Positions 51,308-63,490 of a DNA stretch of 64,000 nt are shown piece by piece (the stretch's first letter is position 1; each line of letters starts with the position of its first letter). The DNA is from Octopus bimaculoides (Eukaryota), in the NCBI RefSeq assembly GCF_001194135.2, contig NC_068994.1, positions 1,438,812-1,502,811 of the forward strand. Reading direction: 5' to 3'. The position numbers and the translations under genes are program-made. The notes beneath the pieces were generated by a model. That model saw only the letters and a program-made list of their open reading frames with translations, was not told where the DNA came from and did no database searches.

Positions 51308-52694
51308 ATCATCTGTTCATATAATTTTGATATCTATCTATCTATCTGTATGCATACTTACGTACATACATACATACATATATATATCCATTCATCCATA
51401 CATATATGTATTATGTGTGTGTGTGTGTGTATGTGTGTTTGTATGTCAGCCTGTTTTCCTCCATAACTCTAGATTAACTTTCACACTTCAGTCCCCACAG
51501 TAAGAAATAATTTTATTGCTACAGATTCCAATCCTGTATTGTTATTTCATAATTACTTTTATCTCAACCATTTCACTTCATGGCTGTGTCACCTGTCTTT
51601 GATTAATACACACACACATGTATCCATGCACTTCTATACACACATACACATACACATACATACGGACAATCATATATGCATACATACACTACTATACACA
51701 CATAGATACATACATATAATCATATATACCTACATACACAGCTAGACTCACATAGATACATATATATACATATATAAATATATATCTTTATATACATACT
51801 TCTATATGTACATACACACACCTTCCATACATGCATACATATATACATATATACTCACTTATACACACCTACATCCGTATATATCTGCCTACATACATGT
51901 ATATATACATACATACACACCTACACACATATATAGACATTTTGCCATTACACATACACACACACACAAATACACATGCCCCCCCCCCCCAGTCGCCTTT
52001 CCCCAATCTCTGACAGAGGAGGTCACCAGTGTTACTTCATTAATTTCACATGGATTTAAGGTTGGGGTAGGTTGGTGGGAGTGGGGAGGAGACTATTAAC
52101 ACCTCTCACTTGCACTGACAGAAGCAAAACAGACAGGAGCTTGTGTGTGTGTGTGTAAATGCCGTAGATTAATTATTCTGCAGAAACAAATACAAAGAAC
52201 CATTGTAGTAGTAGTAGTAGTAGTAGTAGTAGCAGGAGCAGCAAGAGGTGTCGTGGAAGGTGATAGTTGTGGTGTGGTGATAGTAGTAGTGGTGGTGATG
52301 AACATCATATATACATATAGACACACATGCATACATACATACATACATACATACATACATTATATATATACATAAATGTAGAATGATAGAATGAGTGCTC
52401 AACACCACATTGGTAGATAAATAATTTCTTTATTTGTGAATTAAGGCTGCCATTGTTTTCATGTTAAGAAGAGTAGGAGAATATCCAAGTATCTTAACAA
52501 TTTTTCAAGCTGATCACTCGGAGAAAGGTGTTTGCCTCCATTTTGAAATGCAAAACCAGCAAAACTATGTATGTATGTATATACTGATATAGGGTGAAAT
52601 TAAGAATTAACAATTAATAATTTCACCAAGTAGTTCGGTATGTTAAAAGAACCATTATCGGTAAACTTATACAAAAATTTTATAATTATAAGCC

Positions 52695-53393
52695 CTGAGA
52701 GAAATGCTGGACATAAGAAGCATTGGATGAGGCATGCAAGAGAGACGTTTGCGCTGGTATGGTCATGTACTATGGATGGATGAGGGGAGTTGTGTGAAGA
52801 AGTGCCACTCCCAAACAGTGGAAGGAATCTGGGGTAGAGGGAGACCCAGGAAGACATGGGATGAGGTAGTGAAGCAGGACTTTCGAATGTTGGGCCTCAC
52901 AGAGGCAATGACAAAAGACAGAGACCTCTGGAGGTATGCTGTGACTGAGAAGACCTGGCAAATAAAGTGAGTACACAGCTGTAACCTACACCAGTGTCAC
53001 ATAACCAGCCCCAGCCCATTCAAAAGTACCTTGGATTGTAAGGTGACCTGCTGTGCTTGAAGAGACCTATTGAGTCAAGTACATCAACATCAAAATGGAA
53101 ATCAAATGGAAATTGTAGTTGTGATATCCATACCGGTGGCATGTAAAAAGCACCATCCAAACATGGCCGATGCCAACACCGCCTTGACTGGCTTCCATGC
53201 CAGTGGCACGTAAAGAGCACCAATCATGGCCGTTGCCAGCCTCCTCTCGCTCCTGTGCCAGTGGCATGTAAAAAGCACCCACTACACTCAGAGTGGTTGG
53301 CATTAGGAAGGGCATCCAGCTGTAGAAGCACTGCCAGATCAGACTGGAGCCTGGTGCATGGAAAACGGACGTTAAACGATGATGATGATGATG
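52695..53393 (+). mobile_element. 5'-truncated RTE-clade LINE (ORF2 C-terminus, 3' UTR, (GAT)n tail)
   Basis: LREMLDIRSIG*GMQERRLRWYGHVLWMDEGSCVKKCHSQTVEGIWGRGRPRKTWDEVVKQDFRMLGLTEAMTKDRDLWRYAVTEKTWQIK* contains the RRLRWxGHV and GRGRPRKTW RTE motifs. The 3' UTR has three GCAC units and ends GGACGTTAAACGATGATG. Confidence 0.92.
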
Positions 53394-53419
53394 TGTGTGT
53401 GTGTATGTGCATACTTGTA

Positions 53420-53590
53420 TTTGTGTTTGTTCCCCCCACCCCTTGTCAACCAATGCTGGTTTGTTTATGTCCCTGTAACTTTTTGGCTTGGTAAAAATAG
53501 ATTGAAAGACTTAGAATGAATACTAGAATTGAGCAAACTCTTTAACACGTTGCTCCAGCATGGCCACAGTGCATTGACTGAAACAAATAC
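53420..53590 (+). mobile_element. Family B SINE 3' module (diverged)
   Basis: TTTATGTCCCTGTAACTT...GTTGCTCCAGCATGGCCACAGTGCATTGACTGAAACAA. Confidence 0.75.
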
Positions 53591-54231
53591 AGCACTAGAA
53601 GACTATAACCAGTGGAATATATGACTCTGAGATAAACAATATTTAATTTGAAAATCTAAAATCTCTAGAAATCTGTGAATTCTGTGAATTGGAGAGAAAC
53701 AATTGTGTTTGGTTTGTGTCTCAGTTGATCTGTTCCTTGTTGTGAAGTCAATATTAGATGGAAAAACAAAAAAACTGTTATCACTTAGTGACAGTGGTGG
53801 TGGCAGTGGTGCTGAGGTGTAGTAGGAGAGGTGGTGTGGGTCATAACCAGGCTGACCTTTTTTAATTAAATGTTTGTTAACGATGCAACAAGGAACAATG
53901 AAATTTTCTCCAGAAAAAAAAATGCAAAAAATACAAAACAGATTTATCATCTTGTTTTGTTTACTTGTGTTTATTTTCTGTTGTTGATGTTGTTGCTGTT
54001 ACTGATGTCTTTTTGATGTTTATGCTATTTTTTTCTCATTTTTTTTCCATTTCTTAATCTTTATTTATAAAATGTTTCTTCTCTATTTCATTGGTTCTTG
54101 TCATATTTTCCTCAGCCAATCACATCACAGATTTTTAAGCAGCCAATCAGATTTGACACTGTCATTGACTGAGTTTTCTGTTTAATTTTTTTTATGCTGT
54201 ACATTTGTTGTTTTATGTTTGAGTTAAATGT

Positions 54232-54340
54232 TCTTGTTGTTGTTGAGCTTGAGATCAGCCTGATTGAGCACACCTATGATCAGAAACATTCCAACTATGG
54301 CCATACCACCTGTGTTCTTAGATTCACAGTTTCTAGAGTT
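54232..54340 (-). mobile_element. Family E fragment
   Basis: (GTT)n GAGCTTGAGATCAGCCTGATTGAGCACACCTATGATCAGAAACATTCCAACTATGGCCAT. Confidence 0.6.
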
Positions 54341-54883
54341 ACAAAGGTAGAATGAACAGCAGCCACCTACAGGCTCCCTTAGAGTGTGTGCCCAACGTAA
54401 ACAATGGACACACAAAGGGTGTATTTGGGACCACAGACTGGTTTATTGCCCCTGAGCCACCGGCACAATAAACTCTAAGAGTACCTGGAAAATAGATTAT
54501 CTTAAATGCTGACACAGCTCCCTATAAATAGCTGATTGTTTTTGCTCGTTAGGGGACTAAATTAGCAATGGTAGAGTTGATAGTAATAAGAACAGGTTGG
54601 AGAAAGTTCAAGGAGATATTACCTGTGCAGGTAACAAGGGGCCCTGTCTTTTCTCCTGTCTGTTCTATACCCTCTGTACTAAAACAACTGTAACTGTGAA
54701 GTGAATACTCATGTCATACAGATAGAGTACCTCATTTCTCTGCTCCAGTATGGTCACTGTACTGTACCAAACTGGGTTGTGTTTTCTTTTACAACAAACA
54801 GATTGACTCCAACAGAACTGATTATTTCCTTGACCTTGACTAAGGCCAATCCAACTGGACACCTGGACTGGGCAGTCTAAGTC

Positions 54884-55425
54884 TTAACCCTTTTGATACC
54901 AGACTGCCTCACACCATCCACTGTTCTTCGATACAAGCTTCCTGTTTTTAATTGATTTAAATTAAAAACCTTTCATGAAAATTTCATCATCATCATCATT
55001 TAACGATTTGTTGTCCATGCTGGCATGGGTTGGACAGTTTGACTGGGCTGGCACACTGGAAGGCTGCACCAGACTCCAGTCTGATGTGGCATGGTTTTCT
55101 ACGGCTGGATGTCTTTCTTAATGGCAACCACTCCAAAAGTGTAATGGGAGCTTTTACATGCCACTGGCAGGGGTGCCAATTTGCATGACACTGGTATCTG
55201 CCATGACTGCAATTTTGTTCGGCTTGATGGGTTTTCTTCTTCTCAAGCACGACATAATGCCAAAGCTCTTGGTCATTGCCTCCACAGGGCCTGACACTTG
55301 AAAGGAGCTCAGAAACTTTGCCTCCCAATCACCAGATTACTAATGGCAAAAGTCACTTTCCTCAGTTCTTCATTATTTTCAAAATTTACTAGAATAAAGA
55401 AACAGAATATTTCAACAAACATTAA
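54884..55425 (+). mobile_element. TTAA-CCC (piggyBac-like) MITE split by an RTE insertion
   Basis: Starts TTAACCCTTTTGATACC at 54884 and runs to about 54983. Resumes at about 55330 (ACCAGATTACTAATGGCAAAAG...CTTCATTATTTTCAAAAT...ATTTCAAC). The continuity rests on my recollection of an octopus repeat; the right terminal repeat is not clearly visible. Confidence 0.45.
54984..55320 (-). mobile_element. 5'-truncated RTE LINE (last ORF2 codons plus 3' UTR)
   Basis: Minus translation GGNDQELWHYVVLEKKKTHQA matches the RTE end. (CAT)n TTTAACG tail at 54984. Confidence 0.88.
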
Positions 55426-56279
55426 AGATGTCTGACCATCTTCTGGTTGGAACTTGTTGCCCTCATCTTGTCACCTTTAACACCAAAATGACATCGTTGT
55501 TAAACTGACCGACCCATGTGGTCAATGTGTTGATAATAGCTGCTCTAACATCATCACCATGAACCCCCACCTCCCTTACTCTTTGTGAACAACACCACTA
55601 GTCCACCACCCATACATCAATTTAACCTCCCCCACTGTCATCCCCCTCACAGCCACCAACTCCTTTCTCTGCACACCCTCTGCCACCTCCACCTCCACCA
55701 CTGCCACTGCTGCTGCTGCTGCTGCTGCTATGATTCAAGACAGAGAATGACAATATAAATGATGATGATGATGATGATGATGGTGGTGGTGATGCTGTTG
55801 ATAATGATGCTGACGGTTATGATGATGGTGGTATGGGTGGAAATGATGATGATGGTGCAGAAGGTTATGTGTCACCACCACCACAACCTCCTCCTCTTCC
55901 CCCTTCCTCTTCCTCCTCCTCCTTAGCATGACAGCTCTTAACATTTTAAAAATCAATAAACTATGATGACATTGTTCTCCCCCCCCCCATCACACCACCA
56001 CCACTTAACTCACACTCCAGCCACTCACAGACACACATACATATACACTGGCAAACACACACACACACACACACACACACCATGTATGTGTATCTGTATA
56101 TGTAGATACATACATATACACATACATATATAGATATACACACACACATGAGTGTGTACGTATACATACGCATATGTGTATATAGAAGTGTGTGTGTGTG
56201 TATGCAGTTTGAAAACCACAAACTCAAACCAGAAAAGCAATGTGATGGCACCATCATACATTACATAGTAGAAGCAGTG

Positions 56280-56460
56280 GTGGTGGTGGTATTATTTAAC
56301 TCCAGGCCAGCAGCACTCTTCACCTTTTGTTCACAGGCATTCCAAATATGACCATCACATTGGTATTACATTGTCCTTGTCTGTGTCATTCTGTTATTTT
56401 CAGGAACAATGTGAGCTGAGGGAGGTTTAGCTGCTGTTTCTAGCTGGTCAAGTAAGCAGA
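56280..56460 (-). mobile_element. Family E fragment
   Basis: TTTAACTCCAGGCCAGC...GGCATTCCAAATATGACCATC...GGAGGTTTAGCTGCTGTTTCTAGC. Confidence 0.55.
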
Positions 56461-57149
56461 TAGAGGCTTCTTTGTCAGTAAAGGATTGTGGAGATATTTA
56501 AGGGTCTGTATACCGCCCCACATCCACCCACCTCGGTCTCTAGTGAAAGGGTTAGGATGGTGGAGGGGAATGTTTAGGGAAACTGTAAGGAGGGAACAGA
56601 AAGGGGGTGTGGCTGGGGTGGCATTAACCAACAGTGTAAACATTAGGAAAGTCAGCAAACAGTCTTTAAATTTAATCCATTAATTTCCAAGTCCCCCCTC
56701 CTCCTCCCCTTCCTTTTTCTCTTCTTCCTCCTCCTCCCTTCTTCTTTCTCTACTACCTCCCTCTCCTCCGCCCTCCACCATGAAAATCACTGTCCCTTGA
56801 CAGAAACAAGGTCAGCCATGCACTACCATCAACCACACCCTCCACCTCAACATCCCCCCTCTCTCTCCCTCTCCTACTCTGTCTCTCCCCTCCCAAAATC
56901 TCCCCTCTCCTTCTCCTCCTCATCTCTCATTCACTCTATCTCTCTCTCTCTCTCCTCTCCCCACTCCTCCATCTCACAAAATTTTCTGAAAAAAATCAGA
57001 AAAAAATTTTTGATTTTAATTTTGTATTTTTAAATTTCAGTTTTACATTAAAATTTATCAGAGATTTACATTGGCGTGGGGTGGGAGAGTTGGGTGGGAG
57101 TGTGGTGGTTGTACAGTGGTGTGTGACATGTCGGGTTTGGTGTGTTGGC

Positions 57150-57900
57150 TGGTCGGTATTTGATAGTATAGTGTGTGTGTGTGCGTGTGATATATGGGAG
57201 TTGTTAGCATCTGGTGTGTTGTGGGATGTGTAGTGTTCAGTATGTAATGTGTAGCACATAGTATGAGGTGTGTAATCTGGGATATGTCATGTGTGCTGTT
57301 TGGTGTATAGTGCATAGTGCATTGTGTGTGTTGTTTAGTGTGACTTGTGTGTTGTGTACTGCATTATGTCTCTGTGGGGTGTGTAATGCCTGATGTGTAA
57401 TGTATATGGTACGGTTTGTGTTGTGTGATATGTAATGCAGTTTATGGTGTGTAGTAGGCATTGTGTAATGCGTTATGTGTTTGTGTGTAACATGTAGTAT
57501 GTGGTGCATCTATGTGCGATATATAGTGTGGTGGGTTTGCATGTTATGTGTAATGTCTGGTGTGTAATGTGCATGGTGTGGTGTGTGGTGTGTGGTGTGT
57601 AACACAGCATATGGTGTGTTCGGTGCTGTATTTGCATTAAATGTGCTTGAATAGTGTATGACCTGTCATGTGTAATGCACGGTGTGTTGTTTGTTGTTTG
57701 TTGTGTGTGCTGTGTTTGTGTTGTGCTTGGTGCCTCGTGTCTAGTGTGTAATATATGTGGTACAGCATATGTTGTGTGTATGCGTGTATGGTGGATATTA
57801 CGTAGTATAATATGACTATAGTACGTTGTGTGTAATATTGTAGTTTGTGCTTAGAGCATTCTATTGTGGGAAGATAGAAACAATTGTGGGCTGTGTAATG
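57150..57900. repeat. Long degenerate TG-rich (TGTGG/TGTAA/TGTTG) low-complexity tract
   Basis: Directly visible; strongly G/T-biased plus strand. Confidence 0.85.
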
Positions 57901-57984
57901 TAGGATGTGGAATGTATGCTTATATTTTTATATATTATGTTTATATTTCACGTGATATTAGGAAGGTTTGATGTGTGTAAAGTT

Positions 57985-58110
57985 GTTGCTGCTGGTGTTG
58001 TTGTTGTTGTTTAGCCCCAGGTCATCCTTGATGGAGCATTTCTTTATGAAAGTATTTCGGCCACGACCATCCCATATTGTATGGGTGTGTAGACTTTTAA
58101 GCTGTTAAAG
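57985..58110 (-). mobile_element. Family E fragment
   Basis: (GTT)n TTTAGCCCCAGGTCATCCTTGATGGAGCA...GTATTTCGGCCACGACCATCCC. Confidence 0.6.
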
Positions 58111-58999
58111 GAGGGTATGCCCATTATTTTGGGGGAAAACAAATCCACCACATTGTGTGTGTGTGTGTTTGTAGCATGTGTTCATATTATGTTTGGTGTG
58201 GGATAAACGGTTTCGTGGGTATAGTTGCTAAAGCGTAGTGTGTGTGTGTTTATGACTGTGTTTATGACTGTGTATGTGTGTGGTGTTTCGGTATGTTTGT
58301 AGTGTGTATATACATACACGTGTATGTATATATGTGTGTGAGTGTTTGCATGTAGTATATTTGGTCTGTGTATGTTGTACACATGTGTTTATGTAGTGTG
58401 TATTTGTAGTATGTACACACACACACACACCTATATATTTATGTTGTATGTTAGTGTTTGTTTATGCATATATGAATGGTTATATGGTGTTTAGTTTAGA
58501 ATGTGTTGTGTAATATTGGATATGTGTGTATATGTGAATTTGTGTATGCCACTTGTGTATTTCTGCTTTAATGTGTATTTCTGTGTATGCGTGTGTATAT
58601 ATGTGTAAGTACATGTGTAGCAACATTCTTCAATGCATGTATATATGTGTGTGACGTGATTTAAGATTGTGTATGCATATGAATGTGTGTGTGGGTAGGA
58701 TTGTGTATGTATGTGTACATGATTATGACCTCCTGTTTGTATGTGTATATGCATGTGTGTGTGTAGGGTGAGGTTTTGCTGCCCCACCCACTTTTACTCC
58801 TACACAACCTCCAACGGCCCCTTACAAATAGTGGATCCTGTTCAGGTCTCCCCTATACACATTGCCAACCATGTTTACATGCATTAAGCAATAGGGTTGT
58901 TCTCCATAGAGAGAGGGAGGCAGGGTCTTTAGAAACAAACAATAACAATTAAAAAAAAACCACCTAACGTTGATAACGCAGAAGATAACAACAACAACA

Positions 59000-59279
59000 A
59001 CAACAACAGCACCATTAATAATAGTAATGATGATGATGATGGTAAAGAAATAAAATAATGATGATGATGATGATAATGATAATAACAACAAAAATAATGA
59101 AGATGATAATGCTAATAATAATAATAATAATCATAATGATGATGATGCTGATGATGATATTTTGTATAACATTGTTTTAATTTTTTTTTTAAATTAATCG
59201 CACCCACCCCATCGACATCCTAATATCATCCCCTGTCATACCTCATTTTTATAAGGGAAGGGAAATTGTTATAACAATG

Positions 59280-59324
<45 letters not shown>

Positions 59325-59535
59325 TCAATGATGATGATGGTGGTGGTGGTGGTGATAACACATCAGAATAAGAATCAAACCATCATTATCAAGAACAAAT
59401 AATGTTGATAATAACTATAGTGCCACCCCACCCATTTTTTTAATACATCATCATCATCATCAAGACTCAAATTTTAAGGAGGTGGAGAAGCAAAAGGAAA
59501 CAAATGAATTTGATAACAACAACAACAACAACAAC

Positions 59536-59575
<40 letters not shown>
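59000..59575. repeat. (AAT)n/(GAT)n/(AAC)n trinucleotide tracts
   Basis: Directly visible. Confidence 0.9.
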
Positions 59576-59578
<3 letters not shown>

Positions 59579-60619
59579 GTACAGTTGTTTGTTTATTGAA
59601 GTGTTTTAATCTAGGGTTGGTTTATTGTTATAGATTTGTTGTTATGTTGTGTTGTTTTATTTTGTATTCAGTTCCGGTGAATATAGAACTATAATGCAGC
59701 TCTAAAAAGCCCCCTTTGTTTGTGTGTAGTAGTAGTGGTGGTGATGGTGGTGGTGGTGTTGTAGCTAATGCTGTTTCAGTTTTTTTTCTTTGTTTTGGTT
59801 TTTGTTTTGCTTGTATGTTGGGAGGAGGGATTTTTTAAAAATTTCATTGTTTCCAGTTTTATTTTTAAATTAATTTCTTTTTTTTTTTTTTTAAAAAGGA
59901 GAAAGATAAAAATATTTTATTTAAATTTCTTATGGAAGGTCGCTGTTGTTGATAATGATAAAAACAATAACAATAATAATAATGATGAGGATGATGATGA
60001 TGATGATGATGATGATGGAAACAATGATAATAATGACAATGAATTAAGAATTTAAGAGATAAAAAATAGTAAGGGAAAAATCATGATATTCATAATAATA
60101 ATAATAATAATAATGATAGTAATAATTCTATATAGCAATGAATTAAGAATTAAGAGATAAAACATATAATATAGAAAAATACAAGATAAAAATCAAAGAA
60201 ATATTGAAAATATGAGTTTGAAAACGTTGCTGCTGCTGCTGCTGTTGTTGTTGTTGTTGTTGTTAGAGATGAAGAGTGGGAAGGTTGCAGTTTTAAGTAG
60301 AGATGTTTTAAATACTGATATTATGGTTGTTGTTGTCTTAAATATGATTGTTGTTACTTTTGTTGTACTGAAATATTCATTGGTAGATGCTGGTGGTGGT
60401 GGTGGTGGTTGGAGTAAGGAAAGGAGGGGGTGGTGGAAGGTAGTTGGGGAGAGGTTATAAATTGAAAAGTTAAAAGCTATGCATAACAACAACAACAACA
60501 ACATCAACAACTGTAAAAAAAAAAATCTATTGATTTCTAACGTCAGCGGAAATCTGTAAAATATTTTGGCGGGAGTCATGGATTTGATTAAATCAACTCC
60601 ACTGCTTCACTGATTCACA

Positions 60620-60740
60620 TTATTTTATTGACCCTGGATGCCGACCCTGCTGGAGTTTGAACTCAAAACGTTAAAGAATTTTACTAAACGTCAGAAGGCA
60701 TTTCGTATAGTGCCTGAATGATTCTGTCATTCACTTCTCC
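60620..60740 (-). mobile_element. Degenerate family A SINE fragment
   Basis: TTTTATTGACCC...GGAGTTTGAACTCAAAACG...GGCATTTCG...ATGATTCTGTC. Confidence 0.55.
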
Positions 60741-60871
60741 ACCAAACTGACGATGATGATGATGGTGGTGATGATTATGATGATGATGATGATGATGGTG
60801 ATAATTTCTTTTATTGACCACAAGGTTCCAAGACATTGAGAAACACATCAAAAGACATTTTTTCCAGTTTT

Positions 60872-61080
60872 AACACAAGGCCAGCAATTCTTAGAAGGAA
60901 AGGGTTATGTTGATTACATTAACTCCATTTCATGACTGGTACTTTATTTTCTCTGTCACAGAAGGATGAAAGGCAAAGTCAACCTCAATTGGGATTTGAA
61001 TTCAGAATGCAAAGACCTGGAAGAAATGCTGCCAAGCATTTTCTCCACTGTGCCAATGGTTCTACCAGCTCATTGCCTTA
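60872..61080 (-). mobile_element. Family A SINE
   Basis: CACAAGGCCAGCAATT...GACTGGTACTTTATTTT...GAAGGATGAAAGGCAAAGTCAACCTC...TTTGAATTCAGAATG...TTCTACCAGCTCATTGCCTTA. Confidence 0.88.
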
Positions 61081-61239
61081 GAAATAATAATAATGATATT
61101 TTATAGGATTGAGGTAACTCCTCCAGTAGGTATACAAAAATGAAGTAGATTGACGAGTTTATTTTTTGAACCTGTGGAAGCTACACTAGATGCCAACATA
61201 TCGTTCACTTGATAACAACGGCACTCTTCTCTTTTTGCT

Positions 61240-61282
<43 letters not shown>

Positions 61283-61336
61283 TTTATTTGCCAGAAGGGC
61301 ATCAGATGAGGGTGACATGACAAGAACAGTTAACTA

Positions 61337-61414
<78 letters not shown>

Positions 61415-61514
61415 TATAAAAGATGCAGGAAAGAATGGGAGAAGAGAGAAGAAACGGGGTTAAAAAGTAGACAAAATATGTGAATATCGAAATGAAAGAG
61501 TCGTCTTGATATAG

Positions 61515-61600
61515 GAGAACCTCGAAAATGGTCAAACAAGGAACACTGTCTTGACCATTATCACAAGCCCTTAGCCAACCTGTTGTTCTCCAATCGACAG
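61515..61600 (+). CDS. Candidate internal coding exon ((G)EPRKWSNKEHCLDHYHKPLANLLFSNRQ)
   Basis: Perfect donor CAG|GTGAGT at 61600/61601 and a moderate acceptor CGTCTTGATATAG. Only one of three frames is open (phase 1 to 0), in a CpG-retaining unique island. No homolog recognised. Confidence 0.3.
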
Positions 61601-61629
61601 GTGAGTCATAACAATTGTAATTGTGTAGT

Positions 61630-61800
61630 ATCGTTGCTGTTGTTGTTCAGCCCTGAGTCAAGGCCTAATCCGTCAGTTCTATGATTGAAGGCATTCCATT
61701 TATGACCACCCTATCATTTTAGGGATATGTAGGTGTGGATTATATCATGTGTCCTTAAGGTATGATTCAAGGGGGATTTGGTTGTTATTTCTAGTGGCTG
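61630..61800 (-). mobile_element. Family E SINE-like element
   Basis: GTTGTTGTTCAGCCCTGAGTCA...CTATGATTGAAGGCATTCCATTTATGACCACCC...GGGGATTTGGTTGTTATTTCTAG. Confidence 0.65.
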
Positions 61801-62275
61801 AATGGTTTGTTATGAAATAAGAGGAAAAAAAGAAAGGAAAATAAAGTAATAAGGAGGTAGTGGGAGGTGGAGGGAGTTGAATAGAGGAGAGGAAGTAGGG
61901 AGGAAAAGAAGCAGGAAGTAGGAGGAAGAGGAAGGAGGATGTTTAGCTGTTAGTATGGGGAAAGAGAGAGGAGAGGAAAGGAGAGAGTGGGAGGAGATGT
62001 TGAAAGACTGAAGTGAAGAGAGAGAGAGGGAGAGATTGTTAGAAAGAACAATTAAAATCCCATTTAAACAGGAAGTCCATTTTGTCTAATGATAGTTTAG
62101 GGGTTACTGAGTATACGTAGTCATGTTGAAGGATGGGAGTAGGGGACCAGAGGGGGTATTATTATACAACCACGTTTTAATTATTTGAATTATATGAGGC
62201 TTTAAGTTATTCAAATCCCTTTCCATTTATCAAAAATTCCTTGTCAACTGCTGGATCAGGCTTCACTTACAGTAC

Positions 62276-62317
62276 ACTATTCTGATGAGGTCTATTAAAC
62301 TGAAACACGTCCATAAT
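62276..62317 (+). ncRNA. Degenerate minimal type I hammerhead ribozyme motif (Penelope-type)
   Basis: ACTATT-CTGATGA-GGTCTATTAAACT-GAAA-C-AC-GTC-CATAAT. The catalytic boxes CUGAUGA and GAAA and a GUC cleavage triplet are in canonical order. Stem II has 3 bp; stem I has 4 of 6 pairs. Confidence 0.5.
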
Positions 62318-62468
62318 TATCTCCCTTATTTAACAAATCTTAGACCTGCCTCTAAACACGTATAGTCAAACAATATCTGTCTGGTTTGATTCACATCACC
62401 CCTCTAATGTTGGATTAATTTTTATTTCTTCATAAAAAAAGTGTTGCAAAGACCACAATGTCTCGTTA

Positions 62469-62500
62469 TGACGTCAGCTAAATTAGTCACATGACTAATT
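62469..62500. promoter_or_regulatory. CRE plus 20-bp palindrome (M-box/E-box core flanked by AP-1-like half sites)
   Basis: TGACGTCA at 62469-62476. AATTAGTCA-CA-TGACTAATT at 62481-62500 is a perfect 9-bp inverted repeat. Function is inferred from motifs only. Confidence 0.45.
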
Positions 62501-63059
62501 CTCCTTTCTTTCCTGGCAAAATGTTTCCTTTGCTCCTTTAAACCGAACACCAAACAGCAAAGTAGTGTTTCTCAGCCAAAATAATTGGTTGCTGTTGAGA
62601 AGTGAACCAGGAGTGTCAGAGCAGAAGCTGACAAGAGTGAACACGACACAGTCATGGTCTTATAAGCCCCCCCCCCCCCCNNNNNNNNNNNNNNNNNNNN
62701 CCTCCAAGAGAACTTAAAGCTCTCTGATCAACAGAAGGTTATTCAGGAACTACCTGAACCAGTTCTTCTTTCTCAAGACAAACCATGACACTAGTTTCCT
62801 CATGGAAACATTTCCACTGCTCACTTCTTCTATTTTATCCTTGCATAGACTGAATTCACATTAGTGATGGAACGGAAATTTTGACTGCTCTTTCTAGCAA
62901 ATAGATCATGCTTCTTTTCTATACTCACACTAAACCCTTTAATGACTACAACAACGAACGTTACCCTGCAAAGGCTAAACTATGTCTTGAGAGAGGATTT
63001 CTTCAGAGGTGGATTTTCAAAGCATTTCTGTTCCTAATTTTTTTTTAGTAAGAATATTT

Positions 63060-63127
<68 letters not shown>

Positions 63128-63221
63128 TATGCCTAATATTTATGAATAGTAAATCAGGACTTATAAGGAGGAAGCCCAAGAAGATGGCAACCATCTGTGA
63201 AGATGGAGCAATCACTATGTA

Positions 63222-63256
<35 letters not shown>

Positions 63257-63347
63257 GTATATATATATATGCATACATATATATACACATATGTATGTAT
63301 ATACATATGTGTATATATATGAGCTTATGTGTGTGTTTTTGTATCCT

Positions 63348-63490
63348 CATTATTGTTATGATCTTAATGTCCACTCCTCCGTGCTCACATGGGTCAGATG
63401 GAATTTGTTCAGGAAGATTTTCTTCTGCCAGATGTACCTTCTGTTGCCAAGCCTCACCTATTTCCAAACCAAGTAACACTCCTTTCGTCA
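63348..63490 (-). mobile_element. Family D fragment
   Basis: CTTAATGTCCACTCCTCCGTGCTCACATGGGTCAGATGGAATTTG...CCTCACCTATTTCCAAAC. Confidence 0.75.
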
